Below, one piece after another: positions 48,480 through 59,251 of a stretch of DNA of 64,000 nt. The translations under genes were made by a program, and so were the position numbers. This DNA comes from Candidatus Multivorans sp. (lineage in GTDB: Bacteria; Acidobacteriota; Thermoanaerobaculia; Multivoradales; Multivoraceae): contig CBDCRA010000005.1 of assembly GCA_965220845.1 (NCBI GenBank), positions 294,290 through 358,289 of the forward strand. The letters are read 5' to 3'. Below the pieces are notes generated by a model. That model had not been told where the DNA came from. It saw only the letters and a list, made by a program, of their open reading frames with translations, and did not search any database. The first letter of the stretch is position 1, and each line of letters opens with the position of its first letter.

Positions 48480-49094
48480 CTAGTCCGGACTGCGATCTCG
48501 CATACCGTCCAGGATCGTCCGGGTGGTTTGCCGGATCAGGTCGTCCACGTCGACGTTCGGGTCGATCTGCCTCTCGATCAGGAGCGACGCCAGGCCGTGG
48601 ACCGCGCTCCATGCGACGTAGGCCTGTGCCCGCGGATCCGCTGTCTCGATCTCGCCGCTCTGCTGGTGGACCCGAATCACATCGACCAAGTTCTCGAGCA
48701 GAGATCCGGCTGCCGTTCGCAGTTCCGGTTGATCCTGGCGCTCAAGGGCCTCCTTGCCGTACATCAGGCGATAGTGAGCCGGATGCTCCAGGGCGAAGCG
48801 CACGTACTGCTCGCCCATGCGCCGTAGTCGCTCAACGCTGGTTGAAGGGGCTCCGGTGTCGCCGGACCCCAGGCGCCGGTTGAGACGCTCGAATCCCGCG
48901 ACCGCGACCGCGACCAGGAGGGCCGTCTTGTCGGGGAAATGGCGGTAGGGCGCTCCCCGCGATACACCGAGGCGGCTGCCTATCGCCCTCATCGTTACGC
49001 TGGCGGCGCCACCCTCCGAGATCATGGCGGCGGCTTCTTCGACGAGGGCGGTTCGGAGATCTCCGTGATGGTAGGCGTGTACTCGCTCGGCCAT
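48480..49094 (-). CDS. TetR/AcrR family regulator (WHG-type C-terminal domain)
   Basis: YHHGDLR, GVSRGAPYRHFPDK and AWSAVHG. Confidence 0.93.
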   Translation of the reverse strand: MAERVHAYHHGDLRTALVEEAAAMISEGGAASVTMRAIGSRLGVSRGAPYRHFPDKTALLVAVAVAGFERLNRRLGSGDTGAPSTSVERLRRMGEQYVRFALEHPAHYRLMYGKEALERQDQPELRTAAGSLLENLVDVIRVHQQSGEIETADPRAQAYVAWSAVHGLASLLIERQIDPNVDVDDLIRQTTRTILDGMRDRSPD

Positions 49095-49116
49095 GGCCGA
49101 TTATGGCCAAGACGGA

Positions 49117-49161
49117 TGTTGACATTGTCAACAGAGCGGTGTATGTTGACCCAGTCAACAT
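49117..49161 (+). promoter_or_regulatory. Second copy of the sigma70 promoter with two GTTGAC-N3-GTCAAC operators
   Basis: TTGACA(49119)-N17-TATGTT(49142); palindromes at 49117-49133 and 49143-49161, in the tetR/paralog 3 divergent gap. Confidence 0.88.
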
Positions 49162-49182
49162 TCTCCAGGGAAGGAGAGCATC

Positions 49183-50796
49183 GTGAAGAAGAGACCGAAT
49201 AGCGGCGGCGGCAGGCACTGGCGATCGAGCCGGATTTCGTGGCTGGCATTGAGGATCTGCCTTGCGGGATGCGTGATGCCTGCCCTCGGGCATGCGGGTT
49301 CGGAGCCGGTGCCGGCATTCGTCCCGGAGCGTCACGAGGTCGTCGTCGGCGCTGCCGAACACCTGACCGTGCTGACCGGGTTCCTCCTGGACGGCCCGGT
49401 TTCAAACTTGGCTGCCGTGCACATCGACGGCGACGGCGACCGCCGGCTGCGCATCTTCAGCTTTCAGGACGGCGACTGGTCGCCAGCGCTTGAGGCGTCG
49501 CTGCGCCGCGACGTGTCGTTCATGGACATCGCGAACATCGACGGTCGAGACCGCCTGATTGCCTACGGCGGCGGCCGGCTGACCTGGTTCGATCCGGCTT
49601 CCGGGAAGGAACGGGAACTCGTCGCCGTGACCTCCGACTTCAAGGCGTCGCCGAGGCGCGAGGTCCTCCACGTGGACATCACCCGCGACCTGAACGGGGA
49701 CGGCCGCGACGACCTGGCGGTGCCGCACGGGCATGGCTTCCAGGTCCTCGTTCAGGGCAGCGGCGGCCAGACGAATGGGGCCACGTTCTCGGAGCCGCTG
49801 CGAATCGGGCCTGCCGCCGGCCTGGAGCGCGTCTACGGCGCCGACGGATACCGCTACACGCCCTGGGACGAGGGCGGTCGCATCCACGAGATGGACTACG
49901 ACCTGGATGGCCGAAGCGACCTCGTGTTCTGGAAGAACGGCCACTTCGAGGTGCATCTCCAGACCGAAGACGGACTCTTCTCCCCCGAGGCCAGCACGTT
50001 CACGACCGGGATCGCGTTCGACTCCGACCAGATCGCTTCGCTCGCCGCACCGGCGGGGATACGCAGCCGGCGTCACGACCACATGCCCGAGGGCGAGAGC
50101 AGGGGCAGAGTGCCGCACTCGCTGACCGACATGGACGGAGACGGTGTCACCGACCTGGTGGTGTTCGAACTGAAGGGCGCGAGTTTGTGGAAGATGCACT
50201 CCTCCTACGAGGCGTACTTCGGCGCTCCCGGCCCGGGTGGAAGCGTGGAGTTCTCACCGGAACCGGGCGCGGTGGTCGAGTCCGAGGGCATCATCTCTGG
50301 AATCGACCGGCACGATTTCGATCGGGACGGCCAGGTCGATGTGGTCGTGACGGCCTTCGAGCCGACGGTCTTCTCGGCGATCAGGGTGCTCGTCATGTCG
50401 ATTCTGACCGGTGCCGGATCGTTCGATCTCGAGATGTTCCGCATGGAGGACGGCCGCTACGGCGACCGTCCGAACGCGGTACGCCAGATCAGGCCCAGGA
50501 CCCCCAGGAAGAGCGGCGAGAGGGCGTTCTGGCCGGCGGTCCGCATGGGAGACGTGAACGGCGACGGACGCTCGGACGTCCTGATTGCGAGGAACCGGAA
50601 GATGCTGCACGTCCATCTCGGCGTGCCGGGGCCGGGGTTGCTCGCCAGGAAGCCTCAGCGGTTCGCGATCCCGGTGCCCGAAGACGAGGAGTACACCTGG
50701 CTGACCGACCTGAACCGGGATGGCAAGCAGGACGTTCTGATGCACCACACATCGACGACGGCGCCTCATCGCCTGACGGTGCTGATGTCGCGGTAG
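49183..50796 (+). CDS. Secreted FG-GAP/VCBS-repeat protein, paralog 3
   Basis: Colinear with paralogs 1 and 2; AAGGAG SD; possible LAGC lipobox. Confidence 0.88.
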   Translation: MKKRPNSGGGRHWRSSRISWLALRICLAGCVMPALGHAGSEPVPAFVPERHEVVVGAAEHLTVLTGFLLDGPVSNLAAVHIDGDGDRRLRIFSFQDGDWSPALEASLRRDVSFMDIANIDGRDRLIAYGGGRLTWFDPASGKERELVAVTSDFKASPRREVLHVDITRDLNGDGRDDLAVPHGHGFQVLVQGSGGQTNGATFSEPLRIGPAAGLERVYGADGYRYTPWDEGGRIHEMDYDLDGRSDLVFWKNGHFEVHLQTEDGLFSPEASTFTTGIAFDSDQIASLAAPAGIRSRRHDHMPEGESRGRVPHSLTDMDGDGVTDLVVFELKGASLWKMHSSYEAYFGAPGPGGSVEFSPEPGAVVESEGIISGIDRHDFDRDGQVDVVVTAFEPTVFSAIRVLVMSILTGAGSFDLEMFRMEDGRYGDRPNAVRQIRPRTPRKSGERAFWPAVRMGDVNGDGRSDVLIARNRKMLHVHLGVPGPGLLARKPQRFAIPVPEDEEYTWLTDLNRDGKQDVLMHHTSTTAPHRLTVLMSR

Positions 50797-50807
50797 AGGG
50801 CCTGCGC

Positions 50808-53153
50808 TTACAGTTGGAACAGCCGCGTGACCTTGACGATCAGGGCGCGGTTGTTGAGCCCCGGAAAGCCCTGCGTCAATGTGTCGCGCTGTTCGTTGTA
50901 GACGACGAACAGCTCGCTGCCCGGTTGGTACTCCCAGCGCAGCCGCACGTTCGCCGCCAGTCCGCGGCTCTCGGAGTCGTACTGGAACAGGGCGCTCACG
51001 AACATCCGTGGGGTCATCGTGTAGATCGCCCGCAGGTCGACGAGTTCCACGTCGAACTCGCCTGCCGGCAACTCGACGCGGTTGAACGAGATGCCCGGCT
51101 CGAGGAGTAACTTCGGGCTCAGGCTCACCCGCCCCCAGCCCCAGCCGAGGGACGTCTTGCGGCCGCTGTAGAAGTCGCCGACCTCGAGGAAGAATCCGCC
51201 CGAGATCCGCCGCTGCTGGCCCAGTTGCAACTGGACCTGGACGTAGTCGAAGTCGTAACCGCCGACGCCGAGCGTGATGTCCGAGGCGATGGGGAACGGA
51301 AACGGCAGGAACTCGTAGGCCTGCACGTACGTCAGTTCGAGCTCATCCCCGCTGTGGAACTCGATGCCGAACTCGGCCTCGGCCTCCCGCGTTTCGACCA
51401 GACCGGCGCCGTTCTCGATATAGGACATCGACCCGGTCCACGAGTACTTGCGCACCAGCCTGCTTCCGGCCGGCCGCGGGCTGAACCGGAACTCGCCGTA
51501 GGAACTGCGCATGTCCGGGCGGCGGACGAATCCGATGCCGGGATTGAAGTTGCCGCCGACCCGCAGGCGTTCCAGGCGGACGCCGTAGCGGTCGCCGTCG
51601 TAGTCCATCCGCAGGCGGTAGCTGGCGTCGTCGTCAGCGAGTCCGGGCGTGCTCGTTTCGGCCCAGTAGGTGTTGAACGTCAGGTTGTCGAAGAAGGCGA
51701 AGGTCCCGTCGACGCCGTAGGCCTCGTTGCGTCCCGTGCCGGTCTGGTCGATCGAGCGCCGCGTGTAGATGACGCCGACGCTGCTCCGGCGCAGGATGTC
51801 CCGCTTGACTCGCATCACGCCGAAGTTCGTCGCGATGGTGCCGGACAGCGGTTCGTCGTCCGACTGGATGTTCAGCAGGCCGAGCGTGTAGCGGCCCGTT
51901 CGTCCGGTCAGGCGGGCGCCGGCCTCGATCGGTACCGCCCGGCCCCTGTGCAGGCCGATCCGCCGGCTGTAGAAGAGCGCCGGCGTGTCGCCACTCCCTC
52001 CGAATCCACCTGCCCGGCGCCCCCCGAAGCCGAAGGTTCCCTGGTTCTCGAGGAAGAAGTCGCGCTTCTCGGGGAAGAAGAGGCTGAAGCGGGTCAGGTC
52101 GACCTGCTGCTGGTCGTTCTCCACCTGGGCGAAGTCGGTGTTGTAGGTGAAATCGGCGGTGAGGTTCTGGCTGACGCCGTACTTGATGTCGATGCCGAGA
52201 TCGGCGTCGACCTCGTCCGAGATCTCCGGGGTCGCCAGCCGGTCGGTGACCATGTCGGCGACCAGGTAGGGCTTGAACTCCAGGTTCCTCGAGGCCGGTG
52301 GGGATTCGAGACCGACCAGGGTTGCCGCCAGCGACATCTGCATGATGCCCATCGTGCTCCGCGCTTCCGGGATCCGGTTCAGAGTCGAACTCTCGTTCTT
52401 CCACTGCGTGTAGCGCTGCAGATTGATGCCCCAGATCTGCGAGCTGCCGGGGCGATACCGGAGCGATCGGAACGGGATCTCGGCTTCCGCCGTCCAGCCG
52501 CCCTCGAACCTGCCCGTCCGGAGATCCCAGACCGGATTCCAGTCGACGTTCATCTCGCGTTCGTCGGTGATCTGGGCATCGAAGCGGCCGCCTGAGGCGT
52601 AGACGGTGAAGATGACGGCGTTCCGCCGGTCGAAGAAGGTGTCGAGAACGATGTCGACGTAGTCGTCCTCGGCGAAGCCGTCGCGCCGCATGTCGTTGGC
52701 GGCGATCCGGTCGGGGTCCTGCCAGCAGCGGAGGGAAACGAAGACCGTGGTTTCGTCGAACGTGATCCAGACGTCCGTCCTGTCGGTGGCCGGCTCTCCC
52801 GGCTGGGGTTCGACCTGAATGAAGTCGGAGATCGGGGGCACCGTGTCGTAGAGAGGTTCGTCGAGCCGGCCATCGATTCGAAGCGGCGCGGCGAGGGGCA
52901 CCGCCCGGACGGTGGCCCGGCCGGAGTCGTCCCGGCTCACCACGGCCGGCGGCACGGGGGGCGGCGGCCCGTCGAAGGTGAAAGGGAGCTCCAGCGGTCC
53001 CGTCAGCGGCGCCGGCGAGCCGGCTTGCGAGCCCGTTTCCTCGGCAAGAACGGCGCCGGCGCCGGCGCCGGCGGCGGTGGCGATCAGCATTGCGACCGCC
53101 AGGGTGAACGATCGGCGGTGACGGTTCTCCATGACGAGGTTCTCTTGCTTCAT
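50808..53153 (-). CDS. DUF5916 / CBM9-like outer-membrane beta-barrel protein
   Basis: IDGRLDE, AEIPFRSLRY, NTDFAQVE, FPEKRDFFLE, FYSRRIG and RWEYQPGSELFVVY. Confidence 0.88.
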   Translation of the reverse strand: MKQENLVMENRHRRSFTLAVAMLIATAAGAGAGAVLAEETGSQAGSPAPLTGPLELPFTFDGPPPPVPPAVVSRDDSGRATVRAVPLAAPLRIDGRLDEPLYDTVPPISDFIQVEPQPGEPATDRTDVWITFDETTVFVSLRCWQDPDRIAANDMRRDGFAEDDYVDIVLDTFFDRRNAVIFTVYASGGRFDAQITDEREMNVDWNPVWDLRTGRFEGGWTAEAEIPFRSLRYRPGSSQIWGINLQRYTQWKNESSTLNRIPEARSTMGIMQMSLAATLVGLESPPASRNLEFKPYLVADMVTDRLATPEISDEVDADLGIDIKYGVSQNLTADFTYNTDFAQVENDQQQVDLTRFSLFFPEKRDFFLENQGTFGFGGRRAGGFGGSGDTPALFYSRRIGLHRGRAVPIEAGARLTGRTGRYTLGLLNIQSDDEPLSGTIATNFGVMRVKRDILRRSSVGVIYTRRSIDQTGTGRNEAYGVDGTFAFFDNLTFNTYWAETSTPGLADDDASYRLRMDYDGDRYGVRLERLRVGGNFNPGIGFVRRPDMRSSYGEFRFSPRPAGSRLVRKYSWTGSMSYIENGAGLVETREAEAEFGIEFHSGDELELTYVQAYEFLPFPFPIASDITLGVGGYDFDYVQVQLQLGQQRRISGGFFLEVGDFYSGRKTSLGWGWGRVSLSPKLLLEPGISFNRVELPAGEFDVELVDLRAIYTMTPRMFVSALFQYDSESRGLAANVRLRWEYQPGSELFVVYNEQRDTLTQGFPGLNNRALIVKVTRLFQL

Positions 53154-53240
53154 GTGAGCCGTGGGGCAATGCCGCCTTGCGGCCCTGCTCGTAGGACGTT
53201 GACCGCGTGGCGATGTTTCATGGGGCGCCGCCTGGCGGGG

Positions 53241-55634
53241 CTAGCCGATGCGATTGTCGCCCGCGTTCTCGGCCTGGTGCAGGGTGACCGGCCAGCCGGG
53301 GAACTGGCCGTCGTCGCGGTCGTCGGCCGTGCTCAGGAAACGGAACGCCTCGATCCGGTAGGTCCTCGCCGCCTTGTCGACGGTGACCAGGCCGAAGCCG
53401 CTGCTCTTCTGCTGCGCTCGCTCGTAGGGGTCGGGCGCGGTGCCGACGTCCGGGTTGCCGATGGCGTAGACGTAGACCCGGTTGCCCAGGGGATCGCGGA
53501 ACTCGCCGGTGTGCGGCAGGCCGTGGCGGGGCCGGTTCCGGTGAGGCGTTCCGACTTCGTCCGGCCGCCACCAGCGCGGGTAGCCGGCGCTGATCGCCGG
53601 CGTGCAGAAGGCCCAGGATCCGTCGCGCTGCGCGTCCGCGCCGTACTGGACGAGCGAAGGCAGGTGCTGGTCTCCACAGACGTGCAGGCACTTCGCCCTG
53701 CGAAGAATGCGGACGAGCCGGTCGCGCGGCGCCTGCGGCCAGCCGCCGCAGTCGAGATCGGCGATCAGGTAGTCGTCGTAGCCGCCGTGATGCGTCGCGA
53801 CACCCGCGAACACGGTCTGGCTGAGCAGCACCTTCATCGTGTGGCCGCGCCAGTCGCCGGCCCAGTGCTCCAGGAACTCCTCCTGCCGGTCGCCGAGCAG
53901 GGCAAGACCGGGCGCATCGAGCGCTGCTGTGTCCAGTTCCGGGTCGAGCACATGGTCGGCACGGCCGGAGCCGGTGTCCACGTGCTCGGGGCCGCTCTTG
54001 AACTGCCGGTCGGCGAGGATCGCGAAGCCGACGCCGCCATAGACCATGTCGCCGTAGTAGACGCTGATGTCCTGATCGACCGGCGCCGGGTCGAAGGGGT
54101 CGGGATGGTGCGACGCGTTCGTGCGATGGACCACGTTGACCATCCGCGCCGGCTCCCGGTAGCCGCCGAGCGAGGAGGTGCCCCGCCCCGTGTCCATCGG
54201 CTTGCCGCCCTCGCCCCAGATGTTGCCCTGGAACACGTCGTGGTCGTCCGGGATGCAGAGCGTCGGCCGGTCGCGCATCGCCTCGCGGAACGCCCAGCCG
54301 AACTCGTAGTACTTCCGCAGGTAGTTCAGGATCGCCGGCTCCGCCGGCTCCCGGATCAGGCCGTAGCCGCCGTGGTTCTCGTAGAGCTGGTCGCCCGAGA
54401 AGAAGAGCAGATCAGGATCCCGCGCCAGAACATGGTCGGCGACCGGGGCATAGGGGAACGAGTAGTCGTTCTGGCAGGTGAGGCCCGCCAGCCGTAGTGC
54501 CCGGCCGGAGGGGTCTGCGCGGATCGTGCCCTGCCAGGCGTGCTCCGTCTCGCCGCCGTCGGTGTGGCGCTCCCGGTACACGAGCCGGAACGGCGCCGCG
54601 ACCCGTTCGTTCCAGTTGGGCAGGCGGAACGTCGCCGTCCAGGCGTCCGGGTCGAGCTCGGCGAAGCCGTGGGATCGCCACTCTCCGTTGTGCTCGGTCA
54701 GCAGCTCGACGCGCCAGTCGTCGTCGGTGCCCAGCGGGGGCAGGAGCGCCGTGAGCTTGACGACGAAGCCCTCGTCGCCGCGGGAATCGCTCATCGAGTA
54801 CATCGACCACAGGATCGGCCCGAACTTGCGGTCCTCGTGGACCTCGAAGGCGTCTCCGTCCGCCGTCCACTCGCTGAACCGATACCGGGCGCCTTCGCCC
54901 TTCGGGATCTCCCGGTCGAAGTTGCAGACGATCGCGACGTTCCCGGCGATCCCGGCTGCAGGGATCGTGTGGTGGACACTGCCGAGTTCGTCGCCGGCAG
55001 CGTCTCGGGCTGCCAGCGTGAGTTCGCAGTCTCCTCCTTCCGCGCGACCCTGCAGAATCAGCTCAACTCCGTCGGCCGCAACCGAGTCCCCGCCAGCCAG
55101 CTCCCCGCTCGCATCACCCAGCACCAGCCGCCCGTCGACCATCCCTGCGTCTACCCCGACGCCGCGCGCGAAGCAGTTGCTGCGATGGTCGTCGATCAGG
55201 TTGCGGATGCCGATACGGAACCCCGCGCCACCGTCGCGTTCACCGGTCTCCACCCGCCGGCAACGGACGGACATCCGAAACCGTCCTTCTTCGCCGGTCA
55301 ACCGATGCGTGATCAGGTGGACGTTGCGATCGCCGCCGCTCGTCTGCACTTCCGCGGCTCCGTCCACAACCCGCCAGTCCTCCATCGGATTGGCCCAGAA
55401 CCGCTCACCGAGCCAGACCCGGTCGTGCGTCCTGTGCCACCGGTCGACCCGAGTTCCACCGGCCGGTCCCTGGGACTCCTGAGGAGCTGCGTGGGCCTGT
55501 TCGCTCCGCCGCGGCAAGGACGCCACCGCGGCCAGCCAGGCAAGGAGGCCTCGGCGTGTGAACCCCGGCTTGGGAGTGCTCTTGCCGTTGGTCACTCGAA
55601 TAGCTCGGCGTGCGTTCCGGACCGAGCGGGGCAT
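53241..55634 (-). CDS. Tat-exported alkaline phosphatase D (PhoD-like) metallophosphoesterase
   Basis: TRRGLL, GDQLYE, PDDHDV and GDQH. Start uncertain (55634 or GTG 55595). Confidence 0.85.
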   Translation of the reverse strand: MPRSVRNARRAIRVTNGKSTPKPGFTRRGLLAWLAAVASLPRRSEQAHAAPQESQGPAGGTRVDRWHRTHDRVWLGERFWANPMEDWRVVDGAAEVQTSGGDRNVHLITHRLTGEEGRFRMSVRCRRVETGERDGGAGFRIGIRNLIDDHRSNCFARGVGVDAGMVDGRLVLGDASGELAGGDSVAADGVELILQGRAEGGDCELTLAARDAAGDELGSVHHTIPAAGIAGNVAIVCNFDREIPKGEGARYRFSEWTADGDAFEVHEDRKFGPILWSMYSMSDSRGDEGFVVKLTALLPPLGTDDDWRVELLTEHNGEWRSHGFAELDPDAWTATFRLPNWNERVAAPFRLVYRERHTDGGETEHAWQGTIRADPSGRALRLAGLTCQNDYSFPYAPVADHVLARDPDLLFFSGDQLYENHGGYGLIREPAEPAILNYLRKYYEFGWAFREAMRDRPTLCIPDDHDVFQGNIWGEGGKPMDTGRGTSSLGGYREPARMVNVVHRTNASHHPDPFDPAPVDQDISVYYGDMVYGGVGFAILADRQFKSGPEHVDTGSGRADHVLDPELDTAALDAPGLALLGDRQEEFLEHWAGDWRGHTMKVLLSQTVFAGVATHHGGYDDYLIADLDCGGWPQAPRDRLVRILRRAKCLHVCGDQHLPSLVQYGADAQRDGSWAFCTPAISAGYPRWWRPDEVGTPHRNRPRHGLPHTGEFRDPLGNRVYVYAIGNPDVGTAPDPYERAQQKSSGFGLVTVDKAARTYRIEAFRFLSTADDRDDGQFPGWPVTLHQAENAGDNRIG

Positions 55635-55916
55635 CTACTCGTCGCCGGCTTCTTCAAGCTTCGCAAACACCTCGTCCGCGCTGGCGAACCGCACGCTGCG
55701 CTCCTTCACCATCTCATCCACCTCGGCCATGGCCTCTCGGGTCCGAGCGTTCGGCACCTTGAGCTCGAGTAGGAATGCCTGATCGACGGCGATGCGGTGG
55801 AACAGCAGCCGCACGGCCTGCGAAGCCGTCAATCCCGTCGCCGCGAGCGCGGCTGTTGCCGCTCGTTTCGTCTCGGCGTCAATCCGGACGTGCAGGATCG
55901 AAGTCCGCGTCATCAT
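55635..55916 (-). CDS. RelB/DinJ-family antitoxin with no adjacent toxin
   Basis: LHVRIDAETK...GLTASQAVRLL...LKVPNARTREAMAE...F. Confidence 0.88.
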   Translation of the reverse strand: MMTRTSILHVRIDAETKRAATAALAATGLTASQAVRLLFHRIAVDQAFLLELKVPNARTREAMAEVDEMVKERSVRFASADEVFAKLEEAGDE

Positions 55917-55958
55917 CAGAGTATTCCGTGTCTCTTCTGCGAGATGAAGGAAGTGCCG

Positions 55959-56939
55959 CTATCTCGTTCGTGTGATGCTGGGCCGCAGGCCAGCCGAGCG
56001 CTCTTCAAACCAGGTCTGCATCGGAGGCGGAGTTCCAGCGTCTTCGAGTGTCACCGCCAGATCGTTTGGGTGCTTGGCGACCAACGTCTCGTGAGCGCGG
56101 CTCGCTATCCAGGCGTTGAGGCTGGCCACCAGCTCCTCGGTTGCCGTTTCCGGCGTGAACTTCTTCTTCCAAGGCGGTACGACCAGCGCGCGAGAGGGAG
56201 AAAGCGGGAAGTACACGGCGTACTCGTCGTCTTCGGGCATCCGGTCCTCCTGCGGAGCAAGGATGTTCACGACCGGGTGGTCGCTGGTAACGAAGCGGCG
56301 CTGCGTCTCGTTCCTCAGAACAGTCGGTGGGTGCCCGAGCCGGTCCAGGAAGTGAACGCAGGTCATGTTGGCGCCTACGAGTCTCGCCAGAACCGCAGCA
56401 CCACCCTCGGACAAGAAGCCCAACCCGCTGATATGCGCTCGGACACCGTGTCCGCGAAACGCCATGTCACCAAGAAACTCGAAGAAGTCCAGCCCCGACC
56501 GGGAGTCGACCAGGACATCTGCGTCTCCCTCTAGGAGCCGGTCCACGATGGCCTTTGCCCTGTCCTCCGACTTGGTCAGGCGCCGCTCTTCATTGTCTCT
56601 GAGAGCACCGGACAGCAGTTCCTTCTCCTCCTCCGACAGGTGCGGCGAAGGCAGGACGAGGGTCTTCAGCGTCGAGTGGAACAGCGCGCCCTCCAGGATC
56701 GTTTCTGCCATGGGGCGAGCGTTCTCGGACGTGACGTTCTGCGAGACGAACGTGGACAGGAGGCAGATGTCCTGCATGGTCAGGACCGGAGCCTCGTAGA
56801 AGTCGCGCCTGCCGAGGATGTTCCTCGGATTGGTCGGTCCCAGGGTCTGGCCGTTCCTCGAGAAGACCACGCGGCCCTTCTCGTCCCCCCAGTTCGCCAT
56901 GTACCACCGAGGGACATAGTGCTGATGCCTTGCCGCCAT
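55959..56939 (-). CDS. DUF4238-like protein
   Basis: N-terminal HQHYVPRWY, FVTSDHPV and YFPLSP motifs. Confidence 0.75.
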   Translation of the reverse strand: MAARHQHYVPRWYMANWGDEKGRVVFSRNGQTLGPTNPRNILGRRDFYEAPVLTMQDICLLSTFVSQNVTSENARPMAETILEGALFHSTLKTLVLPSPHLSEEEKELLSGALRDNEERRLTKSEDRAKAIVDRLLEGDADVLVDSRSGLDFFEFLGDMAFRGHGVRAHISGLGFLSEGGAAVLARLVGANMTCVHFLDRLGHPPTVLRNETQRRFVTSDHPVVNILAPQEDRMPEDDEYAVYFPLSPSRALVVPPWKKKFTPETATEELVASLNAWIASRAHETLVAKHPNDLAVTLEDAGTPPPMQTWFEERSAGLRPSITRTR

Positions 56940-57155
56940 CACAGCTTCCTCCAGACGCGAGCCCCTGGACGGCCCTGCCTGAACCTCGGTAGCCCAGGCG
57001 GCCGGCGCTCTTGGCTGCCCTGGCCACCACCACCGAGCCGGAACGGAGCGGCGGAGCAGCTTTCTCGATACTAGCCGCCGCTTGCGTTGTGGGGCTACGA
57101 TGGCCGCTCCGAGAGATCGTCCTGACTGACGGGATCGACAATCACACCGACGACG

Positions 57156-58736
57156 ATGGCTAGCAGGCGAACCGGCAGCAGCGCAACGACCGGCTACGAG
57201 GCCGAACTGTGGGCGATGGCCGATGCGCTTCGCGGCTCGATGGACGCGGCCGAGTACAAGCACGTCGTGCTCGGCCTCATCTTCCTGAAGTACATCTCGG
57301 ACGCCTTCGAGGAGCGCCGGGCGGCCGTGCTGGCCGAGTGGGGCGAACAGGCGGCGGAGGACCGCGACGAGTACGTCGCGGAGAACATCTTCTGGGTGCC
57401 GCGGGAGTCCCGCTGGGCGCGCCTGAAGGCGCGGGCGCGGCAGCCGACGATCGGCCGGACCGTCGATGAGGCCATGACCGCGGTCGAGCGCGACAACCCG
57501 GCGCTGAAGGACGTGCTCCCCAAGGACTACGCGCGGCCCGCCTTGGACAAGCAGCGCCTCGGCCAGCTCATCGACATGGTCGGCAACATCCGCGTCGGCG
57601 ATGCCGAGGCCCGTTCCCGGGATGTGCTGGGCCGGGTCTACGAGTACTTCCTCTCGCAGTTCGCCAGCGCCGAGGGCAAGAGGGGCGGCGAGTTCTACAC
57701 ACTGCGTTGCGTCGTCAGGCTTCTCGTCGAGATGCTGGAGCCGTACCGGGGCCGGGTCTACGATCCCTGCTGCGGCTCATCGGGCATGTTCGTGCAGTCG
57801 GTCGAGTTCATCCGCGCCCACGCCAGCGGCACGGCAACGGCAACGGCAACGGCAACGGTGCCCGCCGACATCTCCATCTACGGCCAGGAGTCCGCCTACA
57901 CGACGTGGCGGCTCGCCCGGATGAACCTAGCCATCCGCGGAATCGGAGGGCAGATCGCCCACGGCGACAGCTTCCACGACGACCGCCATCCGGACCTGAA
58001 GGCGGACTTCATCCTCGCCAATCCTCCGTTCAACGTTTCGGACTGGGGCGGCGAACGGCTTGCCGAAGACAGGCGCTGGCGGTATGGAGTCCCGCCGAAG
58101 GGCAATGCGAACTTCGGCTGGGTGCAGCACATGGTGCACCACCTGGCGCCGGAGGGCGTGGCGGGGTTTGTTCTCGCCAACGGATCGATGTCGTCGAGCC
58201 AATCCGGCGAAGGTGAAATCCGTCGCAGGCTGATCGAGGAGGGGAACCTGGTGGACTGCATGGTCGCTCTGCCGGGGCAACTCTTCTACTCGACGCAGAT
58301 CCCGGTCTGCCTGTGGTTCCTCGCGCGGGATCGAAAGGCCGGAGTGTCGCACGCCCGCGCCGGCGAGATTCTGTTCATCGACGGCCGCGACCTGGGCCGG
58401 ATGGTGGACCGCACGCACCGGGAACTGACGTCCGAGGACATTGCCGAGATCGCCGCCACTTATCAGGCATGGCGCGGCGGGGAAGGGGTCGTCGAGTACG
58501 AGGACAAGCCCGGCTTCTGCAAGAGCGCGACGCTTGAAGAGATCGGCGGACACGACCATGTGCTGACGCCGGGGCGCTACGTCGGCATGAAGCCGCGGGA
58601 GGACGACGGCGAGCCGTTCGAGGAGAAGATGGCCCGGCTCGCCGCGCAGTGGCGGGAGCAGCAGGGCGAGGCGCGCCGGCTGGACGCGGTGATCGAGAAG
58701 AACCTGATGTCGCTGGGCTTCGGAGTGGAGAAGTGA
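57156..58736 (+). CDS. hsdM: Type I R-M methyltransferase subunit
   Basis: [36 protein letters not shown] and LTPGRYV. Confidence 0.95.
   Translation: MASRRTGSSATTGYEAELWAMADALRGSMDAAEYKHVVLGLIFLKYISDAFEERRAAVLAEWGEQAAEDRDEYVAENIFWVPRESRWARLKARARQPTIGRTVDEAMTAVERDNPALKDVLPKDYARPALDKQRLGQLIDMVGNIRVGDAEARSRDVLGRVYEYFLSQFASAEGKRGGEFYTLRCVVRLLVEMLEPYRGRVYDPCCGSSGMFVQSVEFIRAHASGTATATATATVPADISIYGQESAYTTWRLARMNLAIRGIGGQIAHGDSFHDDRHPDLKADFILANPPFNVSDWGGERLAEDRRWRYGVPPKGNANFGWVQHMVHHLAPEGVAGFVLANGSMSSSQSGEGEIRRRLIEEGNLVDCMVALPGQLFYSTQIPVCLWFLARDRKAGVSHARAGEILFIDGRDLGRMVDRTHRELTSEDIAEIAATYQAWRGGEGVVEYEDKPGFCKSATLEEIGGHDHVLTPGRYVGMKPREDDGEPFEEKMARLAAQWREQQGEARRLDAVIEKNLMSLGFGVEK
57833..57856 (+). repeat. 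(GGCAAC)4 simple sequence repeat within hsdM
   Basis: Four perfect hexamers; read as TATATATAT in the gene frame and GNGNGNGNG in an alternative frame. Confidence 0.9.
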
Positions 58737-58802
58737 TCGTGGACCAGGCCGTATCGCGGGACGCGGGTGCGGCCGTGCGCCGCGGGGCAGTCTTCACGAC
58801 CG

Positions 58803-58994
58803 ATGCCTAAGGTCCGTGAAGCGATTCGCGCTGTCGAGCGGGACGGTTGGCGGCGCATCACGACACGGGGTAGCCATCGCCAGTACCGGCATCCGGTGAA
58901 GCCGGGGAAGGTCACGATCGCAGGTAAGCTCAGCGTGGACGTGCCGCCGGGTACGTGGAACAGCATCATGAAGCAGGCTGGCCTCAGGAAGTGA
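58803..58994 (+). CDS. hicA: HicA toxin
   Basis: DGW...RGSHRQYRHPVKPGKVTI...GTWNSIMKQAGL. Confidence 0.92.
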   Translation: MPKVREAIRAVERDGWRRITTRGSHRQYRHPVKPGKVTIAGKLSVDVPPGTWNSIMKQAGLRK

Positions 58995-59001
58995 GAAGCT
59001 C

Positions 59002-59226
59002 GTGAAGTACATGATCGTGATCGAGAAGACGCCGACAAGCTATGGCGCATACGCGCCCGACGTGCCGGGCTGCGTTGCCGCTGCCGAGACGCGTTCCGAG
59101 GTCATCCAACTCATGCGCGAGGCGCTAGCCCTTCACCTCGAGGGTCTCCGGGAGGACGGCGATCCGATTCCGCCGCCGTTGGCATCATCCGTGGAAGTGG
59201 AGATCGGATTGGCCGCTACCGCGTAG
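59002..59226 (+). CDS. hicB: HicB antitoxin (short form, no DNA-binding domain)
   Basis: YMIVIEK...YGAYAPDVPGC...EALALHLEGLREDGDPIP. Confidence 0.92.
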   Translation: MKYMIVIEKTPTSYGAYAPDVPGCVAAAETRSEVIQLMREALALHLEGLREDGDPIPPPLASSVEVEIGLAATA

Positions 59227-59251
59227 AAGAAGGCTTGACGCGCGTCAGTCC

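Noticed and set aside
45229-50796. Diversity-generating retroelement or shufflon behind the FG-GAP paralogs
   Set aside because: No reverse transcriptase or recombinase is present, and no adenine-specific variation was evident.
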